Of a stretch of 64,000 nucleotides of DNA, positions 27,170 to 41,329 are shown in pieces. The DNA comes from Tubiluchus corallicola (taxonomy: Eukaryota; Animalia; Priapulida): assembly GCA_030141605.1 (NCBI GenBank), contig JAQGDQ010000005.1:1860180-1924179 (forward strand). Direction: 5' to 3'. Made by a program: the position numbers and the translations under genes. How positions within the stretch are numbered: position 1 is the stretch's first letter; each line of letters starts with the position of its first letter. Below the pieces are notes generated by a model. The model did not search any database and was not told the DNA's origin. It was given only the letters and a program-made list of their open reading frames with translations.

Positions 27170-30100
27170 AAGCGCACCTCGTAGATAAGATATTATTTTG
27201 TTACCAATGATTAAAATTATTTATCTTATTTTGTTAAATCAGCTTTTTACCCATACTTTAATCCAAATAATTTGGAATTGGACTTGCAAGTACACATACA
27301 AATTTATGTAGATGCTGATGTACGCTTAAGAATTTAAGCCTACTAAAAATTACTAATTTATCAACTTTCGTAATACATGAAGCTCATTATTTTTGAAGAA
27401 AACGTTCTTGAAAAAGATTTTCGATGTAAACCCATGTGGCCTGTTAGCTTTAGATGCTGGCATGTTGTGTATTATAGTTCTGCATAGGTACAAAATTTAA
27501 AATAAATGTAATTTATTTATTGATGTAGCCGTACAAAGTAAATGTAGAAGTAAATGTAGAATTTGTCACTATTTACTGTACAACCTGTAGCAAACATATG
27601 TATGTTTGTTACTCTATTGTGACTGATTATTTGCCATCATGTAATTAACGGCTTTTAATGAAATCATAATGCAGGCGTATTCACATACACAGATTAAATG
27701 CACTCATAAGCAGTAAAGGAATATGAAGGATACTGATAAAAATGGAACTAATAGCTTTTGACCTAAATCTCCCCCTTAAAAACAGTTTTTACAGCCGAGT
27801 TAGCTCACCACATACAGTGTGGATTAATAGGGTTGAATCTAGAAACAATGTCCGTTTTCTAGCAATCCAACAATGTTAAGTACTGTTCCGCCTTTGCTGT
27901 TTTCTCACCAATAATTTTGTCTTAGGTACCATTTTTACTACTAATTTTTGCCAACACTTGACAGAAGCGTCAGCAAAACAGGTAAACTAACAAGATATAT
28001 CACACGAAAAAGATGAACATAACTTGAGCAAGTTACAAAGTGCTTTTTCAACATTTTCAAAAATGCACCCACATCACATTATCACAGTTCGATAGAGAAA
28101 CATTCAACACTGACATTATGAGTGATAGAACACACAGAATACATATAGGCACAAAATTCGGCAATATTGACGAAATTTAAAAGCTGTGTATTGTGAAATT
28201 TAATCAAAACGTTACATGGCGTTTTGATTTCAAGATTTTTTACCAATGAGCCCATTACTGACGACATTTTGTGTTTTCTACCACACCAGTACTACGATTG
28301 TAAATCATAAATCACGGCTAGAATATTGACAATTTCTTGTGTAGGGTAGGTAGCCTATTGGTTTTTGTAAATCTAAGAGTAAACTTTGAAGTCACTAACA
28401 AGTTTTCGGAGAAAAACAGTACGGAAATGCTCCGTAATCCGGAGCACATAATTTTTACAATTTTTTAATTTGTTTTTAGCAGAAATTTAGTCTAGTGAAC
28501 TGATTTTGGGGGGGACAATGAACATAAACACAAAGCAACTTGTTGCATCGTGGAATAGGCCTGCTTGTAATGATTTTAATATGGATTTTGTTAATATAGA
28601 TGACATGAGTAAGTACATGCTTTTCAAAGCTGGGTTTGGCAGGTATTTTAATGAGAGTTTACTAAATGTACTTTAATTAGATAACAACGCATGGAATGAA
28701 ACTGTAAATTTGTTGGTTTGTTGGATTGTAAATCTATAAGCCATGCGTGCAATTGTGCATGCCGTGTAGAGCTGGTACGTAATTAAGTATTGTGCGAGAG
28801 GATCTTTAATAACTAAGTTATGTTTAATATATTTTTAAACGACAAAAATATTTCTTCTTTCCGAGATTACATTCCTGCTGTTAGAAAGAGAGTTTATGAG
28901 TTGCACACGCGATTAAAGTGATAGCTATGTAACAAACAATGCAGACTTTAATCTATGTAGGGATTTGCGATCTCACTTTATTGTTGGAAAAACGTGAATT
29001 GATTGTTGTCCGTTTATATTCCCTGCCTTGATGAAACGTGCTAGATTAAGACATTCGATGGATAAAATGATTGGTGGTCGTTATGAAGTACATGCGAATA
29101 AATAGAAATTTAAGCAACATATTGTTAGTTTTGTGCATGGTTGAAGTAGTTTATTCTGTACTGTGCCAGCTATTTTCATTTTTTGTGAGCAAAAACAAAG
29201 AAAGTCACACTGGTAAACTACGTTGTACCGTTGTAATCACGTCACGCTCCCATCTTCTGAATTGCTAAGTGACTGTGTAGATTTTCCAAAAACACAAATT
29301 TTTAAATAAACTGTTGTTTGGCATTTTTAAATTTTATGTTTTATTACTTTTTTTAAATAACTTGTACACGTTCACTTAGAAATCATAAAGCAATTTTGCG
29401 CGGGGTGATATTCAGGCAACTCACTTTGTATGCTGTTTTTAATATTTATCTTAAACACTGTTCTCTGCAGACTGGCACAACATTTTTTAACACGACAGAG
29501 AACAGATACCATTTCGGTTTTACTGTAAATGGTCTTAATTTTTACACCACGCTAGGTGTAAAATATCATGTAAAAAATCACAGTTTTAATGATCAGACGT
29601 GTAGGTGACAATCGATTTCAGTAACAGAAGTAGCAGCAGCAATGACAACAGCAACAGCAACAGCAGCAGCGGCGACAGCAACCATAGCAGCAATGCCATT
29701 AGTGACCGTATCTACGAGTTAATGAAACATATATTAAATGAAAATATTTACCGCAAGATCACTGAGGACTATACGCTGTTATACACGCTCGGTGAAGGTA
29801 CAGATAATTATGCATTTTAATCTGCTCGGCCACAGGAGTCACGTTTTCATTTTTCACGTTTCAGTTTTCACCTGTCATTCGTGAAACGTAGTGAAGATAG
29901 AACAATGTAGTATTTCTGTTGAGCACCTGTCACAGGTTTCTGGCGTTACCTGTTCACGCGTCACGCTTTAATTGAGCTGCTCTCAAAAACGTGAAGCCGT
30001 GAAACGGAAACATAAAATGAGAAAAATTTAGTGTTTCTGGCTCTGGGATGTCCGCTAATTTGTGATCCGACACCTGCAGTTTACAAAAATAAAGTACAAC

Positions 30101-30539
30101 GAAATCAAATGTGGAAATTTAAGAGGAGAAACTGCCGCCCCCAAGAAAGGGAGGTCGCAGTCGGTTTTTGCATTAACTCAACCTTTCTCATGCTTATCAT
30201 TAGTACGAAGTACGCAACAATACTGCATGGTTTAAATTATTCCGCTTCTATTTTTTTAACAATTTTAGTGTGCCTACGCAAAGTTTTTATGAAACCTTGA
30301 GAATCAAGTCAAGTCAACCATACTCGCACTGCATAATGTTTATACAAATTATGATTGATCGGAAATATATTGGCCTGTAAATAGAGACCTGCTAATACGT
30401 ATATATGTTTATTATTGTATACAAATAATTATTTATCATCATCATCATCGTCGTCGTCGTCATCATCAGCATAATCGTCGTCGTCATCATCGTCATTATT
30501 ATCATTACGTGAAGCGCTACACGTGAAACCGTGAATCCT

Positions 30540-30720
30540 AGCCGCGCCTTCCTTACAAGAATTCGCCACGAAGTAGTTCGGCTTAATGTTAGGCCTAGAC
30601 TCACTGTGTTAAGACGGTTTACATTTTTCAGCCCGAGGGACTTAAAAAATGGGAGCCATTGGCTTCAGATCGGGAGATCAACGTCCAGCTAAACCCGCTA
30701 AACCGGGCTGTGGCGCATTA
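30540..30720 (+). mobile_element. Possible SINE fragment (Nin/Deu-domain-like)
   Basis: GC-richer island containing GGCTTCAGATCGGGAGATCAACGTCC, which resembles the GGGAGATGAGCACC core as recalled from memory. Confidence 0.2.
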
Positions 30721-33049
30721 CGCATAAATGTAAGTGGGAAGAAATAAGTGGAAGTCTAAAATGATTTATTACAGCAGCAGCTGAGGCGCCCTTGGGCTTA
30801 GATGAAAGGCTTTCACTGCGAGACCTTGCACCGATCATTATTGCCCCTAACATTAATTTGAGTGCTATACTTTGAACTTAATCAAAATGATAATAGGATT
30901 ACTGACAAAAACAATCATGTTTATGACACAGATGACAGTGCTTACATATAAAATAAGAAGGTTTTACTATTATGTTACATGTAATTAATATGTAAACCCA
31001 CATAGCGCATATATTGACAATGTTTTTTTTACGGCTGGGTGTCACTATTAGAAAATAATGGCGAGTGATTACAGGTCAGTACACTTCGTGCATGCTGATT
31101 GTAAAGCTTTTTAACAGTAACTGTTGTAGCTTGTGCAAATGATTGAATCAGCCCATGTTAGACATTAAGCCATTAATAGAAGCTCCAAGGCAGTTTCTCA
31201 AAGCCTTCGTATGGCTTCTATGAGAACATTAGTTTTCCTGTTCAAATCTGCTACGCGTGATTGCAAGAACAAAGCCATTTCCATACTTGATACTCATTTA
31301 CTGCGTGGGAGATGAATCAGGTAATACTAACAAATGCATTTGATGTTATACCGCTACCATTCTTCCTTTCAGGGTTTCGGAAAGAAGACGAAAAAAATCC
31401 ATGTTTATTATTCATTTTATTTATTTCGTCACATTGTACAATACAATACAATAAAACGAATACAACTATGCAGATATAAACAGCACATTTCCAATTACAA
31501 AGTGTTTATACAAGGTGTTTATTTGATAAAAAATTAAATTAAAACGCGATTTTTCATGACAAGAGCTAATTAGAAAAAAATTGGATAGGAAGATTGTGTT
31601 AGAGTTCATTAAAATTTCATTAAAATTTCGTTGCACGGAACTAAATTTCGTTGCCTTAGATGAAAGAAGCGGTAATAATCGACCCAGAGACTACCGCAAT
31701 ATATACACATTAGCTCAAAAATTGCGAAAATGCACTTGTTTTACCGTGTCTGTGCAAGTCCCTGAACAAAGTACTAACTCCTTTCATCGCCTTTGCACAC
31801 AGTATTTTTCTCACAGACTCTTACTTACTTGTACCTTCTTTCAAAACCCGAAATCTTTTTCTTAGAAATTTCCTTATCAAACGAATTGTTCAATAATGCA
31901 TGAAGCATGATTCGGGATGATACTCTGATGATTTCTTGACGTGTAACTTTCAAGTAACCACGAGCAACCGTAAAGGGGAGAGGTGTTATACGTAGATGGA
32001 AAATCCCACGACGGTGAAGTGTTATCACTTTTCAGTCATAAAGCGGTAATATTGCTTATATTGTTAACGGTATAATCTTTGTTGGTCTAGGAGTTGACCC
32101 AAATCGTTACTCACCTGGATGTTGTTCTTGGTGCTGTTTGTCTTCTTCTTGTTCTTGTTGAGGATGACCCTTGGAAAAAACCTATGGTTCCGTAAATTTG
32201 CAATGGGTTGTCAGAAAACTTATAGGAATATAACAGAATGAATTCCACATCGAATACCCGAGCCGGATTTTTTAGGCAACGATAACATTGTTTTCGAAAA
32301 ATGCTTAAGACTGTGTGAAACTATTGTCATATGATGAAGCTTTATAAGATTATTCTACAACTTATTCTTTATTAATGGCTGAGTCAGATTTTTCGACCGG
32401 CCATTTTGAAGTTAAAATGACAATAATAACATCGCCTTCAATAAAAGGTTGTATCAGTTGACGTCATATGAAACGCATCAGAATATAAAACTCACAAGTA
32501 AGCTCACATGGAAGAGTATGACCTCTTGACTTGTTCACAAGCTATGATGGGCTGTGATTATGCATAGAACATAATTATTAAGTGCACCTCTCGTTTTACA
32601 GCTTTGTTTTTGATGACAAGAAATCTTTGAAACGACAAATACATCTAATGACTACATAGGAATTCACGTAACGTTCACATAATATTATATTCTTATAAGG
32701 ATAATATTTTATCCTAGAATATACTAGAACAAAATTGAACTTCGACTGATGGAATAGGATTTTTTAATCTGCCATCTTGAATTCGAGATGGCAGCGATAA
32801 CGATAAAAATGGAAGCGATTCACAACAGACCACCGTGAAATTTTATAGGAGTACAATGGAGTGAATTCTGAATCGACTGACAGATCAGATTTTTGACTCG
32901 CAATCTTGAAAACTTGAACCTGCGAACGAATAAACACTTAAGTAAGAGAATAGATAGCATGGGCAGATAGACAGGTATGCAAGTAAATAGGTATTTGGTT
33001 CGCAGTCAGACTGCTTGGTAGGTATAAGTAGTAAGGCAATAATACAGAA

Positions 33050-33345
33050 GTAGGTAGGTAGGTAGGTAGGTATAAATGGGAATGTAGGTAGGTAGCATAA
33101 GTAGAATGGTAGGTAAGTAAGTAGATAGGTAGGCAAGTAGGTAGATAGGTAAGTAGGTAGTTTGGTAGGCAGGTAAGAATGTAGGGAGGTAGGTAGGTAG
33201 GTAGGTAGTAGGTAGGTAGCTAGGTAGGTAGGTAGGTAGGTAGGTAGGTAGGTAGGTAGGTAAGTAGGTAGATTGGTTGGTTGGTTGGTTGGTAGGTAGG
33301 TAGGTAGGTATGTAGGTAGGTAGATAGATAGGTAGGTAAGTTTGT
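33050..33345. repeat. Degenerate (TAGG)n microsatellite
   Basis: Direct reading; explains the YLPT ORFs. Confidence 0.93.
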
Positions 33346-33371
33346 AGATTGGTAGGAACTAGGTAGAAGCA

Positions 33372-34924
33372 TAGCTGGTAAGATCCTGGCACGTGTCCTA
33401 CTTAATCGACTGTTGTTGCACCTGGAGAAAGACCTTCTCCCAGAGAGCCAGTGTGGCTTTAGAGCAGGCAGAGGAACGGTGGATATGATCTTTGCTGCAA
33501 GACAACTTCAAGAGAAGTGCCAAGAACAAAACGTCAGCCTCTTCACAACATTCATAGACCTCACCAAGGCTTTTGATACTGTCAGTAGGAATGGCCTGTG
33601 GAAGATCATGGAAAAATATGGATGCCCAAAGAAGTTTATTGATATTGTGCGGCAGTTTCATGAAGGCATGATGGTCAGAGTCCTAGACGACGGAGACATG
33701 TCTGAAGCCTTTGAAGTAACAAATGGTGTGAAACAGGGCTGTGTACTCGCTCCAACACTCTTCAGCATGATGTTCTCTGCCATGTTACATGATGCTTTTG
33801 ATGGCATTAAGATAGAATACAGAACAGATGGCAGACTCTTCTACTCCAGGCGCTTGCAAGCTATCACCAAGACCCATGTAACCACAGTCAAAGACTTTCT
33901 CTTTGCTGATGACTGCGCTCTCAGTGCCACCTCCCTAGAACAAATGCAAAGAGAGATGGACCACTTCGCATCAGCCTGCAAGAACTACGGCCTAACAATC
34001 TCTACAAACAAAACTGAAGTTCTGTACCAACCAGCCCCAGACGCCCCACAGGTTCAGCCAAAGATTTTAGTGAATGGTTAAGAACTTATTTCTGTTGACA
34101 ACTTCACATACCTAGGGAACACCCTTACCACAGCTGCCAACATTGATACAGAAATCAATAACAGAATTGCCAAGGCTAGCGCTTCATTTGGAAGACTCCG
34201 CTCCAATGTATGGGACAGGAGAGGCATCAGAACCACCACAAAATTGAAGGTGTATAGAGCTGTCGTCATCACCACTCTCCTCTATGCTAGTGAATCCTGG
34301 ACATTATATAGGAGACACGTAAAACAGCTTAACCACTTTCACATGGGCTGTCTGAGGAAAATCCTGCACATCAAGTGGCAGGACAATGTGCCAGACACAG
34401 AGGTACTTAAAAGAGCTGACCTCCCCAGCATCCATACACTCCTCCTCAAAACACAAGTTCGGTGGACAGGACATGTGGTTTGCATGCCAGACGACCGCAT
34501 ACCAAAGAAGATGCTCTATGGAGAACTTGTATCTGGAAAGATAAAGGTTGGATGACCAAAGAAACGCTTCAAAGACAGCCGCCTGAAGGCCTCACTCAAG
34601 GAGCTCAGCATGGATATCCGCTCAATGGGAACCCTTGCACAAGATCGCTCAGCATGGCGGAGTGCCATCACCACAGGGGCTAAGACTGCAGAGGCGAAAA
34701 GAATTGAGGAGGCAGAGGAGAAGCGCAGGAGACGCAAGGCATGTGATACTGCCCAACAATAGGTCCAAACACCCAGCCGCACCTGTGCCAAATGCCAAAG
34801 AAGTTTCCAGGCCAGAATTGGCCTAGTCAGTCACCTTCGAGCTCATCAAAGGAATGACAACCCCCAAACTGACCGTTTATCCCTGTCACTATGGTCATCT
34901 TCGATTCGAAGGACGAACATCATC
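33372..34924 (+). mobile_element. 5'-truncated RTE-clade non-LTR retrotransposon (reverse transcriptase plus C-terminal zinc finger), inactive
   Basis: One frame reads IAGKILARVLLNRL..QCGFR..FIDLTKAFDTV..GVKQGC..FADD..FTYLG..CAKC..HLRAH, with in-frame stops at 34079, 34553 and about 34760; 11-bp TSD AGGTAGAAGCA at 33361-33371 and 34925-34935. Confidence 0.95.
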
Positions 34925-35199
34925 AGGTAGAAGCAACTAGGGTAAACTGGTAGATGAATGGTACGTAGGTAGTTTAAGTTGGCACCAGGTAAAAAACAGA
35001 TGGTTAGCGGGAAGTTGCTCTGTGGCCATTTGCAGACACTAATGAAAGCAGGCGATTAAGTGGAAAAGCAGGGAGGAAAAGGATGTTCAGAAGGACAGTT
35101 ATACAAACAAATGTTATTAACAAGTTATGTATTTTCTCATTGGAGTAAACAAGAATCGCACAGCCAAAGTCATAAAAAGGTGACTTTTGAATTGTGAAC

Positions 35200-36030
35200 T
35201 ATTTATTTCACAGTGAATAATACATTTAGTCGCAATCATAATGTCACATTATAAGTGATACTCACTATGAAGAGTTGGAAGGAGCATTATGCTATTGGGT
35301 GCTCCTCCAAATAGAACAGCAATTAACATTACATTATAATTATCACATAAATGTAACGTACAAAGTTAAACAAAATAAGTTTTTTAGCAACTTAACATCA
35401 GGATGAGTTCAAGTTATGAATTAATTATGCCGTTGTGGTAAGTATTGCTTTGATGTGTTTTAAATTGATAAAGGCTAAGACTTTTCATTTCACGAGGAAT
35501 TAATGACCATATTTCATTAGCTTTGATTGTGTTTTGATGTTTGTTTCATTATATTTGTTTTTGGAGGAGGCAGTACATTGTTTCCAACTGAATACCTTGC
35601 GTAGTGAACACATATTTTTGAAACTGACCTAAAGTATGACTGAAAAACCAACTGGCGAAAGAAGTGAATTACGATATTGATACATGAAACATTTCATATA
35701 TTTATTTCACTTTAAGAGTTTTAGAAGACAAGTAGATTATATTTGTAGGATGATCATATCTAACATGATATAATTTAGGAATTTTGTTTTGCCTTATTTG
35801 TAGACCGTCCATATTTCTTTTATATACACAACCCAAGACATAATACCATATATTAGATATGTTTAAACTAAGCTGAATTAAGATTTTCATCAAAGTTTTT
35901 CTATTAACAAACATTCGTAATTTATAGATGATTCCCAAAATTTCACTTAGTTTATGTTTTATTATGTTCATTTGATACTTCCAGTCTAGATGCTCATCAA
36001 GAAACTCATCAAGAGCACCAAGTATTGGAA
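35200..36030 (-). mobile_element. Decayed CR1/L2-like LINE 3' fragment
   Basis: LDEHLDWKYQMNIIKHKLSEILGIIYKLR..LQIRQNKI matches the post-RT region of CR1/L2-group ORF2; frameshifted. Confidence 0.7.
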
Positions 36031-38089
36031 GACACAAATTTCTCATAAAAACTGGCACTAAAAAACGTAGAAAAATAACGAAATTATAATCAAACGCTCT
36101 GAGTAACATAACTTTTATATTGTTAGTAATTTGTTATTTGCATTGCGTAGAAAACAGTCACACACAGAAACTGCGTAACAGCTAAAGTCATTTGAAGTGA
36201 ATGTGGTTTCTCAGCCGCAGTTTATATGTGTTTAAATATTTTATTTTTCATCATAACCGGACTTATTATTAACGGAATAAAAGACGCCAGAACTGTGATG
36301 AAAATCCTGTAGAGTAAAGAGGCAAAATAAAGCGGCAGGTATATTTTTATCACATAAAGCTTCCTGCTCATCATACACACATCCAGTATATGGTACACAG
36401 GTGAACAATAATTTACACCAACAAACGGAAAGAGCCATTAAAGTAAGTATGCATTGGAGGCAGGTTCAGTATGATAATAATAATGGATTCGATGATTTAT
36501 GACATAATATAAATGCACGCAGGGCTTTCATTAATTGCTACAAGTAACACACGGGACAACATCACGGGAAAAAAATTGTGAATGGTCTACAGAAGGCGTT
36601 ACCCTAAAAATAGTCCGTCTCAGAATTGCCCAAAATGTGTTTATTGGTCACCTGTTTATTTTTTCTAGATTATTTTTATTCCTACTGTAAGCCTTTTCTA
36701 CACGGTGTTCTACTCTCGACATTGCCATACAAAATTCTAGTATGAGTGGTTACGGATAAACGAGGCAGTAGCTGGGCAGGGGCATTTTGTGAAGTCAGTT
36801 CAAGCCACACCCAACAGCTACGTTAACTTATATAGATTTTATGTTCACATAAAGCGTTATCTAGTTCCATGATTCCAACATTACGCAACTTACTTAGAAT
36901 AGCGCCATGTACATGATGGCTTTGGTTACTGAAATGGTACACCGCATCACTCTTTGTCGAAAATGCGAAAATGCATCCCCCTTCCATTAAAATGTAGATA
37001 AAAATATGCTAACGCCTGTATATTTCTGGAATTTTGTCAGCTTAAACCGTTATAGTTTATGCAATGAATAACCGTTGTGTACTATCTTACCTGAGATCAA
37101 AATATCAAAAGTCTATTCGTGTACAAATGGGGTGCTTATTTTAGCTCAGGTATGACAGGTAATCCATACAAGTGGGCCTTAGAAACTGTACGATTGCTTT
37201 CCTTTTTATGAGCATCTAATTCTAATCTACCATAGATGATTCGTATAGTAACCACAGTATTTGTTCCTAAATACAAGTTTTGGGTAGTTTTCTACGAGAA
37301 GCTATCCATAGCTTGATAACTAGAACATGCAACAAACATTTAACGGCGTTTAACACAAGTGTTATTATGCAGTTGCTAGGGTAAACAAACGGCACATCGT
37401 TACTATAGTAACTGCTATACTGTACATACTATTCTTCCATTGTTTTTTGCAAAGCTATCTCAGCATCCCGAATGTCAAAATTATCCTCCTATACACTATG
37501 TTAACACACGCGTGAAATTACATGTGTGCATTTGATGTCGTTGGTAGCACACTGATAGTCATCAGCACTCCTTGGAGGACTAGCATGTTAGGAACTCCAG
37601 TACTGCATCTGGAGCAGAGGTCCTTTCATTCAGTCGATTTTAGCAGGTCATTTTTTTGCAAATTTCTCAAAGGTCTGTGCCTCTACATTACAAAAAGCAT
37701 TGGTGGACTTTTATTAGAATGGGGCAGTTTTTTGTTAGAAATTTAACCATTTTAGTGCTAAAAATTTTTAGCACATAGATGAGAACAATGCCTGCCAGCA
37801 TTGCAGAAAGCAAAGAAAAAAGTGGAAGAATTTTACGTACATAGTATATTATGCATCTATGAATGCGTCTATGAAAATGCATTCTTGTTACTATGGGATA
37901 CCTTTGCAAAAGAGCCTAGAATAGGCAAATCGGCATCGCGCACAAAACCCCGCCTCTGTCGCTTTGTCTCACAAACTCTTGGTTGCTGCAATAGTATAGC
38001 CGCTATAGTATAAACAACTACAAATAAACGTGTTACAAACTTACAAGTGAACATTTCAAACGGTAGTTATTATTTCAGTAGTGGCACAG

Positions 38090-39375
38090 GAATTTGCACA
38101 CAAGGTAATTTTGACACATAAAACATTTGGACACAAGTTATTAAGACACGTAAACTGTTTAGTCACTATGGGTTTTTGACACGTAAGACACACTGACACT
38201 AGATGTTTTTCAAACAGGATATTTAGACGTGTAGACCACTTGGATACATTAACTGTTTAGACACCAAAGGTGTCACTTGGAGTCAATCGGGAGATCGTAC
38301 AATTTAGCAACATTGGTTATTTAGTTTACCCGGTTCTTGGAGATGGGTGAAATCCAATGGCTTTGTTGCAAAATTCAACGAATTTCTGATATCCAAAAAA
38401 CCGTAGATCAAACAAATTATATATTATCTATTTTGAATTTTTTTCTCCCTGCTTCGAATCCAACTCACCCATCAGTAACTGCGGTCTGCAGGTTAAAAAG
38501 TACGTAAATGTTAGAGGATTTTCAAAGTATGCGCATATCCAAATACAGTGACGGTAGCTGCGGCGATTGCGACATCTGCGACAGGTTTGATTGACACGGC
38601 ACTGCGATTGCGACGGATACGACGAGATTTCTTGCTGTAATTTTTCCCTCTGAATTGAAAACCTGTGCAATTAATTGTGTTAATAATGCAACATAGATTA
38701 AGTTGTATAGGTATTAATTAAGACTAAATGATGAACATTGGCCCGAGAAGATTTTCTTGAAACCTTTTCTTTACCAGCTAGTAAAATGGACAATAAAAAA
38801 CTTTCTAGTTTGTACAGTACATCTGTCATGCGACAAAGAATTTTCCAAGACAGAATCGTAGTTACCGCAGATAAAGAAGAAATTTCGGGGTCCTCGACAC
38901 AGTTATACGACAACGATATAAGAAGTTTTTGGGTTGGGTAATTTGGGTTATACTGGTGGAGTGTGGGTCAAACTTGGAGTGTATTAATTACTTGGTCAAT
39001 CGGCGCATATTTAGATTTTTACAGTTTTTTAATATCCGCGTATAACAGCTCATGACGGAAGCCAAACGAATTATTACTCATTAGGAATAGATCAGATAAC
39101 AACAATTAGTATTATAAGTTAGACAGGCACGATATGACGGTAGCTATTTTTTTCACGGGCATTCAGTATACATAATGTGTGAGAATTGCAATGCGTGTCA
39201 ATGCAGAAATAGCCTTGTGTTCAAATTACCTGTGTCCAAATAACCAATGTTTCCAAAATAACTTGTATCCAAATGTATGCAGATGCTTTGCATCCAAGTG
39301 ACCTATCTGACCAAACCACCTTGTGTCCAAATGACTTATGTGTCTAAATTGCCTTATATCCAAATGACCACCATT
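38090..39375. mobile_element. Foldback/MITE-like element with inverted arrays of TTTGGACAC / GTGTCCAAA subrepeats
   Basis: Left array at about 38093-38281 and reverse-complement array at about 39212-39370. Confidence 0.65.
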
Positions 39376-41329
39376 GATCATTGGCGCCAATTGACTTAAA
39401 AATACACCAGCAATAATGCAGGTCAAAGGAGATGCTTTTGCCGATTTTGATTCGATTTCATGTATTCGGTTTCGCGGTAGCCGATAACGAAACCTCAGTT
39501 AAATCGCCCACTAAATGACTTTGACCTTATGAATAAAAAAATCTATTCTGGTATGTGAGAAGACCTGGGTTTTGGTCAGGTTTCAATTATTAATGTTTTT
39601 TACGTTCCCGAAACTCACCATTTAGCGTATATGTTACGAACTTAAGACACCATTTCTGTCAAATTCGTTCAGAGAAAATAACGTAACATTTTGTGACAAC
39701 GACCTTTCACCTTTGACCTCAGATATACAAGTGTTGACAAGTCTGTATATAGCAAACTCCATCCGCCAAGCCTGACTGTAATTCGTTCATAATATTATTC
39801 ATTTCAAAATGACTTTCTTAAAACACAATGTTTCCCAGCCATACTGTACTCAGTCATACAGTATAGGCAAGTTACGGCTAATAAGTGAGGTATTATGCTT
39901 TATGTAAATAATTCATATGTGTTAATTTAGCAAGCTCGCCGAATTGCAATGCATCATAATTCTCTGATGTGCTGCTCATATAACAGTTATCCATATTCGT
40001 GCAAATATTTCACTGGTTAAATATTTTGCTTCTGTGTATGTTGTAATAGAGTATAGTAGCACAGCTTGTGTTATTTCGACTGGGTAGTCTAAAAACAGAA
40101 AATTTTAAATTATGGGATTTGGGAATCCTATTTAAATTTCCTTGTGATCTTCGTTGACTTGACAAATAAATTGAATGTAGGTGATGTTTCAACCTGTTGT
40201 TCTAAAATGTCGTTTTAAAGAGCTTAGTATTTCTTCCATTACGTCTGAATCTCATTAAAGATGTTGATATCATTCATCATAAACAAGTTTTACAAACATT
40301 TCTGCTGTGTTCAGTGAATGAAGATGAAAATCTAGCTCATTTGCCCCTCAAACTACGTAAGAAACTTTATCCGGTCCAAAGCGATTTCTCAGTTGACTTT
40401 TTAATTGGATCAATCAGCATCCGAACAGTACAAGAAATGAAGTATTCGACTCACACTTTGAACACGTAAGTTCAGAAATTTTTTTAATGAGTGTTCCACC
40501 TTTCTTGTCAACTTTAAGAAGGAATGGCGTAGATGGAACCAGAATACTAACATTTACCTGAACATTTGGATAATGCTTTTCGGCCACTGCACTTTATCTA
40601 ATGATGAAAGTGCTAAAATTTTATTATTTTCACTCATCGCTTGGTACTGTGTATATAGCGTTATTAAAAAAGTGCGTAAACGAAAAATGTATACGAATAA
40701 GGTATAGATAAGCAAGCTAACTGTAATAAATGCACGAGCAATCTCCTGTATTAAGCATCGCCTGGATGAAGGATTTATATTGTATTACTATGGTAACGAG
40801 TAACGTGGACTAAAGCATGCATTTGCCGAAAAGTTGTAACAATAAGAAGTTAAAACAAAGTGGTTTAATCTTTTACTTTATTACATCACGCTAACTAAGA
40901 GTTTATGCAAATACAAGCTAACGTAGTTGCTAACATGAAACATTAGCAATATACAAAAATCCGTTTAAATTCAGCACGGACAAATTAATGATAATGAACG
41001 TGCGGACCTAATTATTTTAGTCTCTAGTGTATGATTACATAGAGATTAATATTCATTATCCTAGGTTTACACTAAAATGTGGATGTGAGTATAACCGAAA
41101 TGAAATAATTTATGATGAAAGCATAGCTTACAAGTAAAAAATAGATTGGTGCACAGAACATAAACGGCGAAAACGGCTGAGGCGAAAAGTGCCAAACTGT
41201 AAAGCTGGCAATACCGGGCTAGATTAATAATTGTCGTGTAACCGTTTATTAGTAGTTTTGATTTTTTTTTGAAAATATATTTGGAAATTGGTCAAATTGC
41301 ATAGTGTTCACGAATATTTCATTTTACTC

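Noticed and set aside
33398-34826. Antisense and shifted ORFs over the LINE, and similar ones over the LRR and TM genes
   Set aside because: Shadows of the real coding frames
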